64,000 nt of DNA, from the IMG/VR virus record IMGVR_UViG_3300032030_004230; one strand, 5' to 3'. The notes under the pieces are model-generated. The model saw nothing but the letters and a program-made list of their open reading frames with translations, did not search any database and was not told the DNA's origin. Source of the stretch: a virus (taxonomy: Duplodnaviria > Caudoviricetes). Numbering within the stretch: the first letter of the stretch is position 1; each line of letters starts with the position of its first letter. The position numbers and the translations under genes are program-made. Positions 56,029 through 64,000 of the stretch are shown here, in pieces.

Positions 56029-56688
56029 TTATTTTTCTTCTGCAATAATCTGCATCCAAGAACGTTTGTCAAATTTTGTGATTTTAAGAGAAGACTTAAA
56101 GAAGTCTTTTATAGTTTTCTGAGCTTCTTCCACAGTTTCGTATTCACTCATATCTGTAGGACTTTCAGATACAAATGCTTCAACTTCAAGATAGGGACCG
56201 ATTCCATTGACATTCACAATCTCACAGTGAATTTCATGTCCATTCTTTTCGCACCAAAATGAAACTGATGTTTTCTGTTTCTCAAAATAGGTCTTGAAAT
56301 TGGCAGCTTCGAGAACTTTATTGAATGCAATAAAAGCCTCTCCTTGGAGAGCACCTTCAAATTCATCATTTGTCTCAATTCCATTCTCATCAGTTCTTTT
56401 GTTCTTTACTGTAAGGAATGCCTGAAAGTCTTTTTTTATGCTGTTGACTTGTCCTTGAACAATCTCTTCAAAAGATGTAGTATCTCCGATAGAAGCTTCT
56501 GTTCGAAGTCTGATTACTGTCTTTGGCTTTACAGGAACAATGCCGTCAAAAGAGTAATATTCATCTTTCTTTGCAATAGCATGCCAGCCACCACCACGAG
56601 AAATAGACCATTTGCTAGAGCCAAACTTACTGTCTACAAGATCAATAGCTTGCTTTAGTGTGATTTTCGCTTTCATTTCTACTTCCAT
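56029..56688 (-). CDS. CYTH (triphosphate tunnel metalloenzyme / CyaB-like) protein
   Basis: N-terminal ExExK (MEVEMK), IRLR, LTVK, GPYLEVE. Confidence 0.85.
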   Translation of the reverse strand: MEVEMKAKITLKQAIDLVDSKFGSSKWSISRGGGWHAIAKKDEYYSFDGIVPVKPKTVIRLRTEASIGDTTSFEEIVQGQVNSIKKDFQAFLTVKNKRTDENGIETNDEFEGALQGEAFIAFNKVLEAANFKTYFEKQKTSVSFWCEKNGHEIHCEIVNVNGIGPYLEVEAFVSESPTDMSEYETVEEAQKTIKDFFKSSLKITKFDKRSWMQIIAEEK

Positions 56689-57036
56689 TTACAATGTCTC
56701 CTCTGAAATTTTCTCTAAACGCTCAAAAAGTTGTTTTCCATTTTCATCTGTATATGTAAAATGATTGTAAGTAATTCTTTTCTGAGCTTTGCTCTTGTTC
56801 ACTTTCACAGGGTCTTCATCAAAAATGTCTTCTTGACATTCTGTCAAGCCCTGTTCCCAGAAAAGAAGATAGGTCTCATCATCAAAATCTAGAATTGTGA
56901 CCATTCGTCTTGTCCAACGACCTTCATCAATAGTAGTTTGATAGCCGCCTTCATAAGCAAGCTCTCGCAGCATGCTTTCAGAGAGCTGCTCACCAGCTTT
57001 AATTTTGTCGTAGTATGACTTCATCCAATCTGTCAT
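56689..57036 (-). CDS. Phage hypothetical protein (GRW..W..GLTECQE family)
   Basis: 115 aa. Confidence 0.7.
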   Translation of the reverse strand: MTDWMKSYYDKIKAGEQLSESMLRELAYEGGYQTTIDEGRWTRRMVTILDFDDETYLLFWEQGLTECQEDIFDEDPVKVNKSKAQKRITYNHFTYTDENGKQLFERLEKISEETL

Positions 57037-57037
57037 C

Positions 57038-57691
57038 TCATTCTCCTTTGTTAAGAATATTAATGCATCTCTGCGCTAACTCTTCTGTCAAGCCCTCTTC
57101 GTCAATGCTTTTACAGTCTCTTATAAACCATCGTGTTTGAACAAAGTTTTCCCCAAAAAGATGCAAATCACCATCATCATCGTCTAGCACAACAAATGAC
57201 TTTACTGGGAACTTCCAAGATTTTGTCATATAATTATTGATTTGAAAACCGCGCTCATAAAATTCTGTAACTTCTGGCTTTATGTTTGAGCTTTTAAATA
57301 TAATATTGCCATTAGCATCTTTTTCTCCATAATACCCCGAAAACTTTAGCCATAAAGCTTTGTCGTATTCTCCACCTGTACAATGCTTAATGACAATTCC
57401 ACGCTTTTTCAAATCTTTTTTAAGCTGGCGTATCATGTAGCGCTTACGAAAATGTTTACTGAAATATAGCTTTCGCCAAGATGAAGACATGACAATTGTA
57501 CAATGAGTAGCATCATGTATTTTCTTCAGTAAGTCAAGCTTTTTCAAACTCCACTCACGAACATCGCCATTAAAGCCTCTTTTAATTTGTTCCATGTGAT
57601 GCTGTTCATCTTTCTCAAAAAAGAAATTAGAGTTTAGCACGCCATCAATATCAAGAAACAGAAGTTTTGTCGGATCATCTTTAACCATCAC
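57038..57691 (-). CDS. HAD phosphatase, RNA-repair-associated (HAD_SAK_2-like)
   Basis: FLDIDGVLN, SSSWR, RG..I, VVLDDD, GLT. Confidence 0.85.
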   Translation of the reverse strand: MMVKDDPTKLLFLDIDGVLNSNFFFEKDEQHHMEQIKRGFNGDVREWSLKKLDLLKKIHDATHCTIVMSSSWRKLYFSKHFRKRYMIRQLKKDLKKRGIVIKHCTGGEYDKALWLKFSGYYGEKDANGNIIFKSSNIKPEVTEFYERGFQINNYMTKSWKFPVKSFVVLDDDDGDLHLFGENFVQTRWFIRDCKSIDEEGLTEELAQRCINILNKGE

Positions 57692-58026
57692 TGACCGCCT
57701 ATTGAACTTAAAACATCTTTTACAAATGTAAGTTTATCATTAGAAATTTTAGACGGGGCTTTGAAAAATCTACGATGAAAATCTGTTGCAGTGTATATTG
57801 TCTGCATAGCATTTAGAGAGAAGACTTCAATGTTAATAGGCCAGCCGTCTACGTTGACAAGAAATATGCCTCTATGAGCTTCAATGTCTGGCACTGTGAA
57901 GCTAACATTTTCTCTCTTGCTCATATTCTGAAACAAGTCAAGCGTAGTGAATGTCTCAACTGTTATAAGGCGAGTTTTGTCAAGTTCTGCCAGTCTTTCT
58001 TCCAATAGCTTTGCTGTGTCAATCAT
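57688..58026 (-). CDS. Hypothetical protein
   Basis: 112 aa; TATTATATTA 5 nt upstream of the ATG. Confidence 0.7.
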   Translation of the reverse strand: MIDTAKLLEERLAELDKTRLITVETFTTLDLFQNMSKRENVSFTVPDIEAHRGIFLVNVDGWPINIEVFSLNAMQTIYTATDFHRRFFKAPSKISNDKLTFVKDVLSSIGGQ

Positions 58027-58050
58027 AATAATAATATAATAAAAGAGAAC

Positions 58051-58407
58051 TTAACTTTTCTCTGTAAAACCAGGACAGTCTCTGAAGCTCGGAATGCAGG
58101 GAGAGTCACTATGAATGCATTTAGAGCAGTCTGGTGCTACCCAAATTTTGCTTGCTTCTACAGAAAGCTTATGGATAGCGTCTTCATGCATTTTGATTTC
58201 TTTTTTAATGTCAGAAATTGTTTTAGGCTCTGGCAGCTCTAGCTCGTACTCATCATAATCATGATTCATGTCTGGGCCACCTTCTCTAGACTCAAGCCAA
58301 TTTCCAGCTTCCCACTCATCAGTAGTAGCTTTTACATTCTCCCAATAGCCTTCCCCTGAAACAATCTTATCAGAAACCCAACTTTTTAAAATCCAAATTT
58401 TTAACAT
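58051..58407 (-). CDS. Hypothetical protein with C-terminal Cys cluster
   Basis: CSKC....C......C; AGGAGG SD. Confidence 0.7.
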   Translation of the reverse strand: MLKIWILKSWVSDKIVSGEGYWENVKATTDEWEAGNWLESREGGPDMNHDYDEYELELPEPKTISDIKKEIKMHEDAIHKLSVEASKIWVAPDCSKCIHSDSPCIPSFRDCPGFTEKS

Positions 58408-58429
58408 TATAGACCTCCTTGTCTTTAGC

Positions 58430-58627
58430 TTAAAAGCAGCTCTCTATTATGTTTCTAGACTCCCAAACATTATGAGGCATCCGAAACTCATGACCAAGGC
58501 AATCTCTTACTAGAGTACACTCTTTAAGCCCTCTTTTCAACGGTAAAAGCTGAACAATTGCTGTAGGATTCAAGTATGCCAATTTATCAGAGCCTTCTTC
58601 ATCATAATGAACAGGTACGAACTGCAA
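58430..58627 (-). CDS. Small hypothetical protein
   Basis: 65 aa, TTG start, GGAG SD. Confidence 0.55.
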   Translation of the reverse strand: MQFVPVHYDEEGSDKLAYLNPTAIVQLLPLKRGLKECTLVRDCLGHEFRMPHNVWESRNIIESCF

Positions 58628-58632
58628 TTATC

Positions 58633-58827
58633 TTACTCTCCATTTACTACTTTTAGAAACATATCTGTACTGCCAGGCCATTCATACTCGTCATTGTTCA
58701 CATCTTTAAAAAGAACTCTAGGCCAGTAACCTAAAGAGTCTGTGCTCTCAATGAAAGACGCGATGTAGTCGACATTCACCTGAGTTACTTTACCAGATTT
58801 AGTATTCTTGCCGACTATGAATCTCAC
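58633..58827 (-). CDS. Small hypothetical protein
   Basis: 64 aa, GTGA overlap. Confidence 0.55.
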   Translation of the reverse strand: MRFIVGKNTKSGKVTQVNVDYIASFIESTDSLGYWPRVLFKDVNNDEYEWPGSTDMFLKVVNGE

Positions 58828-59213
58828 CAGCTTCTGTCTCCATTTGCAGTCTCATCTACACTCGAAGGGAAATCAGAACTAGAATCATGTGAGCTAAGTC
58901 GAGTTTCATCTGGATTCTGATCTCTAAACATTTTGCTCATCAAGCTGTCAAATGTCTTTTGCTTTACATAAAGATTAACAAGGAGAAAAGCACTTTCCAG
59001 AGAAGGAAAATAGACTTTTGGTGACTTTTCAGCACCTTTGTAGTTTCCTTTCATAAACTGAACTGACCAACAATCACTATCATCTTCGTAAATTGAGTCA
59101 GCCTCTTCTAATTTTTTAGGGTCTACATCTTGAGCAATACAAACAACATAATCTGCAAATGAGCCCCAGATCTGATTTCCCTGAACTGAATATCTATTAT
59201 CAATTGTCTGCAT
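58824..59213 (-). CDS. Hypothetical protein
   Basis: 129 aa. Confidence 0.65.
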   Translation of the reverse strand: MQTIDNRYSVQGNQIWGSFADYVVCIAQDVDPKKLEEADSIYEDDSDCWSVQFMKGNYKGAEKSPKVYFPSLESAFLLVNLYVKQKTFDSLMSKMFRDQNPDETRLSSHDSSSDFPSSVDETANGDRSW

Positions 59214-59679
59214 TTTCTAAAGCCCTTGCCAGTTCTTTTACTTCATCTTCAGTAAGAAGTTTGTCATCAATTGTCTCATCTTTGTCTGAGTCAATTCCAC
59301 ACAATTTTGAAAGATTAAGAAGGACATTGCATCCTCCGCCTTCTGCTACACAGCCTGCGTCTACACAACGATCAGGAAATGCAACACATTTTGCTCTGTC
59401 TTCTGGTGTGCATTCCTGGTGGACAAGTACAAAATCATTTTGAGGAAGTTTGACTGCATCAGTGGGATGTGCAATACAGTCCTGAACAAAGTCTAGAAAC
59501 ATTTGAGTTTCAACAAACTTTGCAACTTCTTCGTTTGAGATGTCTTCTCCTTCTCCTGCACCGCAATCAATGCAAGCTTGCTGATAAACTTTCTCAAGAA
59601 GCTCTTTTAGGGAAAGCTTTTCAAAGTCTCCATTATTCTTCAAATATTTGTAATAATTGTTGAACCGACGTTTGTCCAT
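59200..59679 (-). CDS. Hypothetical Cys-rich protein
   Basis: 159 aa, AGGAG SD. Confidence 0.7.
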   Translation of the reverse strand: MDKRRFNNYYKYLKNNGDFEKLSLKELLEKVYQQACIDCGAGEGEDISNEEVAKFVETQMFLDFVQDCIAHPTDAVKLPQNDFVLVHQECTPEDRAKCVAFPDRCVDAGCVAEGGGCNVLLNLSKLCGIDSDKDETIDDKLLTEDEVKELARALENADN

Positions 59680-59704
59680 ATTTTGTCTCCTAGTAGTCTT
59701 TGAT

Positions 59705-59938
59705 TTATTGTCCTAATTTATAGAAAACTTCATCAAGAATGTTACGAGCATCTTCATAGCCCATTTCTTCAAATTTCGTATCAAGAGCTTCTTTCGCTTC
59801 TGACAATGCTTTTTGATAACCGTGAGCATAATAGTCTACACAACCGCAATTTACTTCCAGTGCTTCAATTGCATCGTCAAATTCACGAGCATTTTTATAT
59901 GCTGTTTTTCCTGGTGCTATGCTTTCGTTATAACTCAT
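59705..59938 (-). CDS. Hypothetical protein
   Basis: Start at MSYNES, overlapping the upstream small ORF. Confidence 0.6.
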   Translation of the reverse strand: MSYNESIAPGKTAYKNAREFDDAIEALEVNCGCVDYYAHGYQKALSEAKEALDTKFEEMGYEDARNILDEVFYKLGQ

Positions 59939-60096
59939 GATGTTAAATCTCTGCTGCATTCATGCTTGTCAAAGTCTATGTTGTATAGACTTCTAAGATT
60001 GTCTTTTATGCTGATAAGGTCATCAACATTAAGCGCACTCCAATTGACACTTTGAAGCTCTTTGACAAGAATCTCTTTTAGTTCTCTATAGCTCAT
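59935..60096 (-). CDS. Small protein (53 aa, MSYRELKEILVKEL...), paralog of 60422-60637, not in ORF track
   Basis: NVDDLISIKDNL vs NVSELTTIKDNI. Confidence 0.6.
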   Translation of the reverse strand: MSYRELKEILVKELQSVNWSALNVDDLISIKDNLRSLYNIDFDKHECSRDLTS

Positions 60097-60418
60097 TGGG
60101 TCCATAGTCTTTTCCTAAGACAAGATTTGCTCTAAAGTCTTTGTTTTTCAAAGCCTCAGCTTCAGCAATGCACTGTTTTTTCTTTTTTTGGAAGAAGTAT
60201 TCTTTCAAAACTTCAATTGCGTTATGAATCTTCACAGCCTCTTCTTGATTTGAGTATGGCTCAAACACTTTTTCTTCATCATAAGCACTCACTCTCTCTT
60301 CATGAAGAGTGCCCAACAAGTTCTCTCTAACTACATTTACTTTATAGTCATAAGTGTCTTTCCCAAAGTAGTCTTTTTCAATCTCATCAAGAGCTTTTAA
60401 TGTTTCTGTCGGTGTCAT
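60086..60418 (-). CDS. Hypothetical protein
   Basis: 110 aa. Confidence 0.65.
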   Translation of the reverse strand: MTPTETLKALDEIEKDYFGKDTYDYKVNVVRENLLGTLHEERVSAYDEEKVFEPYSNQEEAVKIHNAIEVLKEYFFQKKKKQCIAEAEALKNKDFRANLVLGKDYGPNEL

Positions 60419-60421
60419 ACT

Positions 60422-60637
60422 CTAAAATCCTATCCCCATTTCTGCCAAGTTCATGTCGAGCTGTGCTTCTTTTGCAGCTTTTGCTGTTTCTTCTTTAGCC
60501 GACTTCATTCGCTGAATATTGTCTTTTATTGTAGTCAATTCTGACACATTAAAAATAGACAGATCGAATTCTCTTATCTCTGAAATAAGCTGTTCTTTTG
60601 CTTCTTTTATAGAAGGCCCATTTTTCAAAGGTGTCAT
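60422..60637 (-). CDS. Hypothetical protein
   Basis: 71 aa, ATGA overlap. Confidence 0.65.
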   Translation of the reverse strand: MTPLKNGPSIKEAKEQLISEIREFDLSIFNVSELTTIKDNIQRMKSAKEETAKAAKEAQLDMNLAEMGIGF

Positions 60638-61455
60638 ACTATGTCGTACTCCCTGTTCATCTCTTCTCTAGACAAAACATGAATAAAAGGCTGCCCATCT
60701 TCAGTGTAATCTACATAATGGAAATTATTGATCCTGAACTCCATAAAGTAGTCAATAAGATCATACTTATCACCAAAGTCTTTCTCATCTGGTGCAGTAA
60801 ACTGCACTTCTGTACGAGTATGTGACTTAGTTTTGTAGCCGTCATACCCATTGAAGTCTTTGTTATTTGTAACTATAAGTTCTGGTAACTGAGACTGCAG
60901 CCACTTATAAAACTCATCTACATTTGTAGACGTAAGAACGAAGCCATTCAATTCCTGAGGCTTACGCTGCAATTTAATTGTTCCAGACGGCTGATTCTTT
61001 GTATTGACTTCTTTCGCTCTAAGCTCAAAGTGCCAGCCACTCCAGTCCATTGTTTCTTCTATAGAGAAATACGGTGAATACTGCCACTGTGCAGTATATG
61101 AGATAGTATGGGGCTTTCCGTTAATGTTGCAAACACCAATTTCATCACCAAATGACTTTGTTTCTACGCACTTTTCCTGGTCATTTTCAATGATCTCGCC
61201 GTCATATTGAGCTTCTCTGAAGTAATCCCAAATTTCATCTTCATAGTCATCTCCACAGTCATCAGCAATTTCTTCAATACACTCGCAAAATTCATTAGTT
61301 TCGATAGAGCGTACACCAAAATGCTCAAGCATGTATTTGAAGAAATTAGCAAGAGCTGGGTTGTCTTCTGCTTCATTAATTACAATATTATCCAATTTCT
61401 TCAAATTGGCAAATTCAACATGATGCATAATTGCTGCAGCAGTTTTCACATCCAT
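60634..61455 (-). CDS. Hypothetical acidic protein
   Basis: 273 aa, AGGAG SD. Confidence 0.75.
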   Translation of the reverse strand: MDVKTAAAIMHHVEFANLKKLDNIVINEAEDNPALANFFKYMLEHFGVRSIETNEFCECIEEIADDCGDDYEDEIWDYFREAQYDGEIIENDQEKCVETKSFGDEIGVCNINGKPHTISYTAQWQYSPYFSIEETMDWSGWHFELRAKEVNTKNQPSGTIKLQRKPQELNGFVLTSTNVDEFYKWLQSQLPELIVTNNKDFNGYDGYKTKSHTRTEVQFTAPDEKDFGDKYDLIDYFMEFRINNFHYVDYTEDGQPFIHVLSREEMNREYDIV

Positions 61456-62279
61456 TACTGTTCTCCTATAGTTTGCAAAATATGCTCAATGTAATCTCTA
61501 TTCTGAGCAAAGATCGGAATGTCTTTATCAATTTCCCAGCGAGAGCGATTAAGCTTTTCGTCCCAAACATGAATTACACAAGTTCCGCGTTTTTCAACAG
61601 TTTTGCAGTCATTCCAATTGATATTCTTTTCGAGCATCAATTTATCCTGAAGTTGTGAATTGTTCAAGCCCTGAATTTGCTTCTGTGAGAAATTTGCCTG
61701 TGCTAGTCCCTGGATAGAATTACGAGTTGCATCATTCTGACGCCAAATAAAATAATTCGTAACTTCTTCTTTTGGAATATTGAAACAACGAGCATCAAAA
61801 TATCCGCCGAGATCTACTTTTTTAGTCAGAACATTGTTGTAGTATCTCTCATTATCATCTTCATGCCAGTTATCTTCTACGTACTTTTCGTAGAATTCTT
61901 GAGCTTGCTCAGCCCATCTCTTATTAAAATACATTGCGGCCATAGATGCTGCTACAGAGCAAATTTTCTGAACTTGATAGTCAAACCATGCTGCAGTTTG
62001 CAATGTGTCATAGTCTGTAATGAGAAGCGAAATCTCATCGCTTTCTACATAACCAATTTTGCAGCCCTGAATGTTCTCACACAAGTCTTTGCATGTAAGC
62101 TGCATTGTCTTGATAAATATTTCATCGTAAGGCTTTCTTAAGCCTCTTGTAAATGTGTGGAAGTGACATCCGTCAATGCGTATAATTACATTTGACCGAC
62201 GAGTCAAATATGAGCGAGAACGCGCTTCATAGTATTCTTTCATTCGTTGACCGAGTGCACTTTTCTCAGTTGATGACAT
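61455..62279 (-). CDS. tRNA(His) guanylyltransferase Thg1/TLP (3'-5' polymerase)
   Basis: RIDG..FHTFT, YVESDEIS, FDAR, WRQNDATRNS; AGGAG SD before the ATG at 62279. Confidence 0.93.
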   Translation of the reverse strand: MSSTEKSALGQRMKEYYEARSRSYLTRRSNVIIRIDGCHFHTFTRGLRKPYDEIFIKTMQLTCKDLCENIQGCKIGYVESDEISLLITDYDTLQTAAWFDYQVQKICSVAASMAAMYFNKRWAEQAQEFYEKYVEDNWHEDDNERYYNNVLTKKVDLGGYFDARCFNIPKEEVTNYFIWRQNDATRNSIQGLAQANFSQKQIQGLNNSQLQDKLMLEKNINWNDCKTVEKRGTCVIHVWDEKLNRSRWEIDKDIPIFAQNRDYIEHILQTIGEQ

Positions 62280-62333
62280 AAGAAATCTCCTTCTATTAAG
62301 TAATAATATAATAATTAACAAAGATGCATTTTG

Positions 62334-62516
62334 TTAAAATTCATCATTTTCGTCAAAACACTCTTCTTGAAAAACAGCAGTTGCATCATCTGTCTTATAG
62401 ATTGCTTTTGCTTTCATTATAGCATCTTCTAAAGAATCTGCAGTGATTGTAGTAGACTTAGACTTTGCCAAATCTAGGTTTCCGTCAAGTATTGTGAAGT
62501 AAAACATTAAGCACAA
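62334..62516 (-). CDS. Small hypothetical protein
   Basis: 60 aa; start uncertain. Confidence 0.5.
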   Translation of the reverse strand: MCLMFYFTILDGNLDLAKSKSTTITADSLEDAIMKAKAIYKTDDATAVFQEECFDENDEF

Positions 62517-62522
62517 TCTCCT

Positions 62523-62981
62523 CTATAGATAGCAAACTACTACATTAAAGTCTGCAAATATCTCTTCAATCATTGGCTTTACTCTATTCCAATCTAACTT
62601 ATCGAGGCCGCAGCCAATTCGTGGCATTACAATCTTCTTTGGAAGCTTTTCAAATTCTCCAAAATAAGATAAAGCATGGCACAAGGAATTTTTTAGCGTT
62701 TGATATGTTGGCTTTTGCCAATATTTATTTTTTGTGACAAGATTGAAAACAATATTATCTTTATCAGCAGGAGTTATAATACAGATTCCACAAGTATTGA
62801 AAAAAGAATTCTCATCACGCAGCATTAGAGAAATAGGCCAATTTTCTCGTATATGAAACTTTTCTTGCATGGGCTTTGCAATGCCAGCACCCATTTTCAA
62901 ATCTGCTGAAATGCAATGAAAAATGCAGCATGGTTCTTTTTCAATCTCTTCAAATAAATCAATTTGCTTTTCTGTTATCAT
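62523..62981 (-). CDS. Macrodomain ADP-ribose glycohydrolase, TARG1/DarG/Poa1p-like
   Basis: DLF, HCISAD..MGAGIA, FNLVTK..Y..KPTY, MPRIGCGLDKLDW. Confidence 0.9.
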   Translation of the reverse strand: MITEKQIDLFEEIEKEPCCIFHCISADLKMGAGIAKPMQEKFHIRENWPISLMLRDENSFFNTCGICIITPADKDNIVFNLVTKNKYWQKPTYQTLKNSLCHALSYFGEFEKLPKKIVMPRIGCGLDKLDWNRVKPMIEEIFADFNVVVCYL

Positions 62982-63027
62982 TTTTAGCCTCTGCTCTGCA
63001 TAAGTTAAGCCAGCTTTAAAAGTGCAT

Positions 63028-63231
63028 TTATGCTAGCATTTCTTCTAGTTGAGCTTTAACTTTTACAATTTCACCACCATTGAGACTGCAAAAGTTCTTA
63101 GCTATGTATTGTTCAGCTAAACAGCTAGGATAGCATTCTGTAGTCCAAGCATTGCTATAGAAATCCCAGTATTGAGTTGCGCTATCCTGACCAATTCGCT
63201 TTACAGCATAACGAATGTAGTTATTTTTCAT
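63028..63231 (-). CDS. Small hypothetical protein
   Basis: GGAG SD before MKNNY. Confidence 0.6.
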   Translation of the reverse strand: MKNNYIRYAVKRIGQDSATQYWDFYSNAWTTECYPSCLAEQYIAKNFCSLNGGEIVKVKAQLEEMLA

Positions 63232-63802
63232 TAATTTTCTCCGCGTAGAACTCTTCATACTTATCGAGCAATGCTAAAGCATCTGCCATAGTTGCGAAGA
63301 AAGTCGCTGCTTTGCGAGCTTTTTGAGCTAAGTTATTATCTTGTAGCATCTTGTCTGGAAGCCAATTTCCATTTTTGTCTCTGCACACTCTGCTGCTAAC
63401 AGTCTCTGAGTACTCAAAAGCATCTTTGCTCTCATACTTCATGCCAGCTGCTTCGCATTCTCTGGCAATTCTTCCAGCAGCTGCATTCATGTCATGTATC
63501 AATGAAGGATCACCCAAAAATGTTAGCACAGAGTCATAATGATTACGAACATTCAAAAGTTTGTCTTCTAGAATGTTACGAGCTTTGCGTGCTTCAGGAC
63601 ATTTCGGAAGCTCTCTGAGTATCTCTTCTTTTGAGATTTCTACGATTTCGTAGGGCCCGTCTTTGAAAATGTCTGGACGGCACTCAATCAATTCTTGCGG
63701 TTTTGTTTCATCATCATAGAGATCTGCCTTAGACAAGTACGAATCAAAGCCATAGAAGCCGTAGTATTCGTTATGCTTGTCTTTGATTGCATACTTTACC
63801 AT
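63221..63802 (-). CDS. Hypothetical protein
   Basis: GAGGAG SD before MVKYAIKD. Confidence 0.7.
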   Translation of the reverse strand: MVKYAIKDKHNEYYGFYGFDSYLSKADLYDDETKPQELIECRPDIFKDGPYEIVEISKEEILRELPKCPEARKARNILEDKLLNVRNHYDSVLTFLGDPSLIHDMNAAAGRIARECEAAGMKYESKDAFEYSETVSSRVCRDKNGNWLPDKMLQDNNLAQKARKAATFFATMADALALLDKYEEFYAEKINEK

Positions 63803-63999
63803 ATACACCACTCCTCATCATTACCTTTACAAAGGCAGTCAAACTCATACAAAATTTGGCTTGATATCTCTTCAACCTGCTCGCGTTTTGTATTAAGCAT
63901 CTCCCAAATCTCTTTTGTCTCTTCCGAGGTAAGCTTGCATTCAAATGGGTCATTTGCCCATTTCTTGAATGACTCAGGAAGATTTTCTGGAAACTCATA
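63796..63999 (-). CDS. 3' end of a hypothetical gene running off the window (...YEFPENLPESFKKW...EEWCIW*)
   Basis: Open frame with phage-typical composition, overlapping the next start. Confidence 0.55.
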   Translation of the reverse strand, partial: YEFPENLPESFKKWANDPFECKLTSEETKEIWEMLNTKREQVEEISSQILYEFDCLCKGNDEEWCIW

Positions 64000-64000
64000 T

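Noticed and set aside
56029-56688. Calling the CYTH protein an adenylate cyclase (cyaB)
   Set aside because: CYTH motifs do not distinguish cyclase from tri- or polyphosphatase activity, so it is left as a family-level call.
556-63998. Numerous 60-160 aa ORFs antisense to or nested in longer genes (e.g. 793-1044, 9993-10322, 20553-21041, 21352-21774, 23312-23764, 45139-45549, 63771-63998)
   Set aside because: Shadow frames of real genes: no SD or promoter motif, atypical composition, extensive overlap with better-supported CDSs.
1-64000. Stop-codon recoding (TAG or TGA reassigned), as in some large gut phages
   Set aside because: Conserved enzymes are full length in the standard code, and TAG, TGA and TAA all end genes at expected C-termini (e.g. 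TAG for dut and vWA).
1-64000. tRNA genes expected near cca and Thg1
   Set aside because: Intergenic gaps are short and I saw no cloverleaf with a T-loop GTTCRA signature; a tRNA scanner should confirm.

Overview
This window is a 64-kb fragment of a large, AT-rich lytic dsDNA phage, T4-like or jumbo-phage in style, using the standard genetic code. I found no rRNA, tRNA, CRISPR array or integrase. The host cannot be determined from the sequence. Layout: (i) 1-20.2 kb holds mixed late/structural genes (a 943-aa fibre-like protein, two tail-tube-fold paralogs, acidic head-cargo-like proteins) and replication genes (dUTPase, DNA methylase, DnaB-like helicase with loader, gp32-like SSB). (ii) At 20.3-20.65 kb there is a divergence point carrying three copies of an exact 21-bp repeat with G-tracts and AT-rich blocks, a candidate origin; a fourth exact copy lies at 40.0 kb. 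(iii) 20.7-46.6 kb is mostly + strand: type II topoisomerase, the nicotinate NAD+ salvage trio (pncB, nadD, nadE), a vWA plus divergent adenylosuccinate-synthetase-like module, a CCA-adding enzyme, a QueC-like PP-loop protein and a small ADP-ribosyltransferase-like gene on the opposite strand. (iv) 46.7-64 kb is all - strand: 5'-3' exonuclease, MazG-like, LemA, CYTH, HAD, Thg1, a TARG1/DarG-like macrodomain and many small hypotheticals. Three recurring upstream motifs can be read directly from the DNA (TATTATATTA; GTTAAT-N8-ATG; ACTAAT-N5-ATG) and look like three phage promoter classes. Best candidates for undescribed biology: the vWA/PurA-like module whose ligase lacks the aspartate-binding loop, a phage Preiss-Handler NAD+ pathway beside an ART writer and macrodomain eraser, and the repeat/G-tract locus next to a protein with three internal repeats. 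All functional calls come from recognising motifs by eye; no database searches were run.
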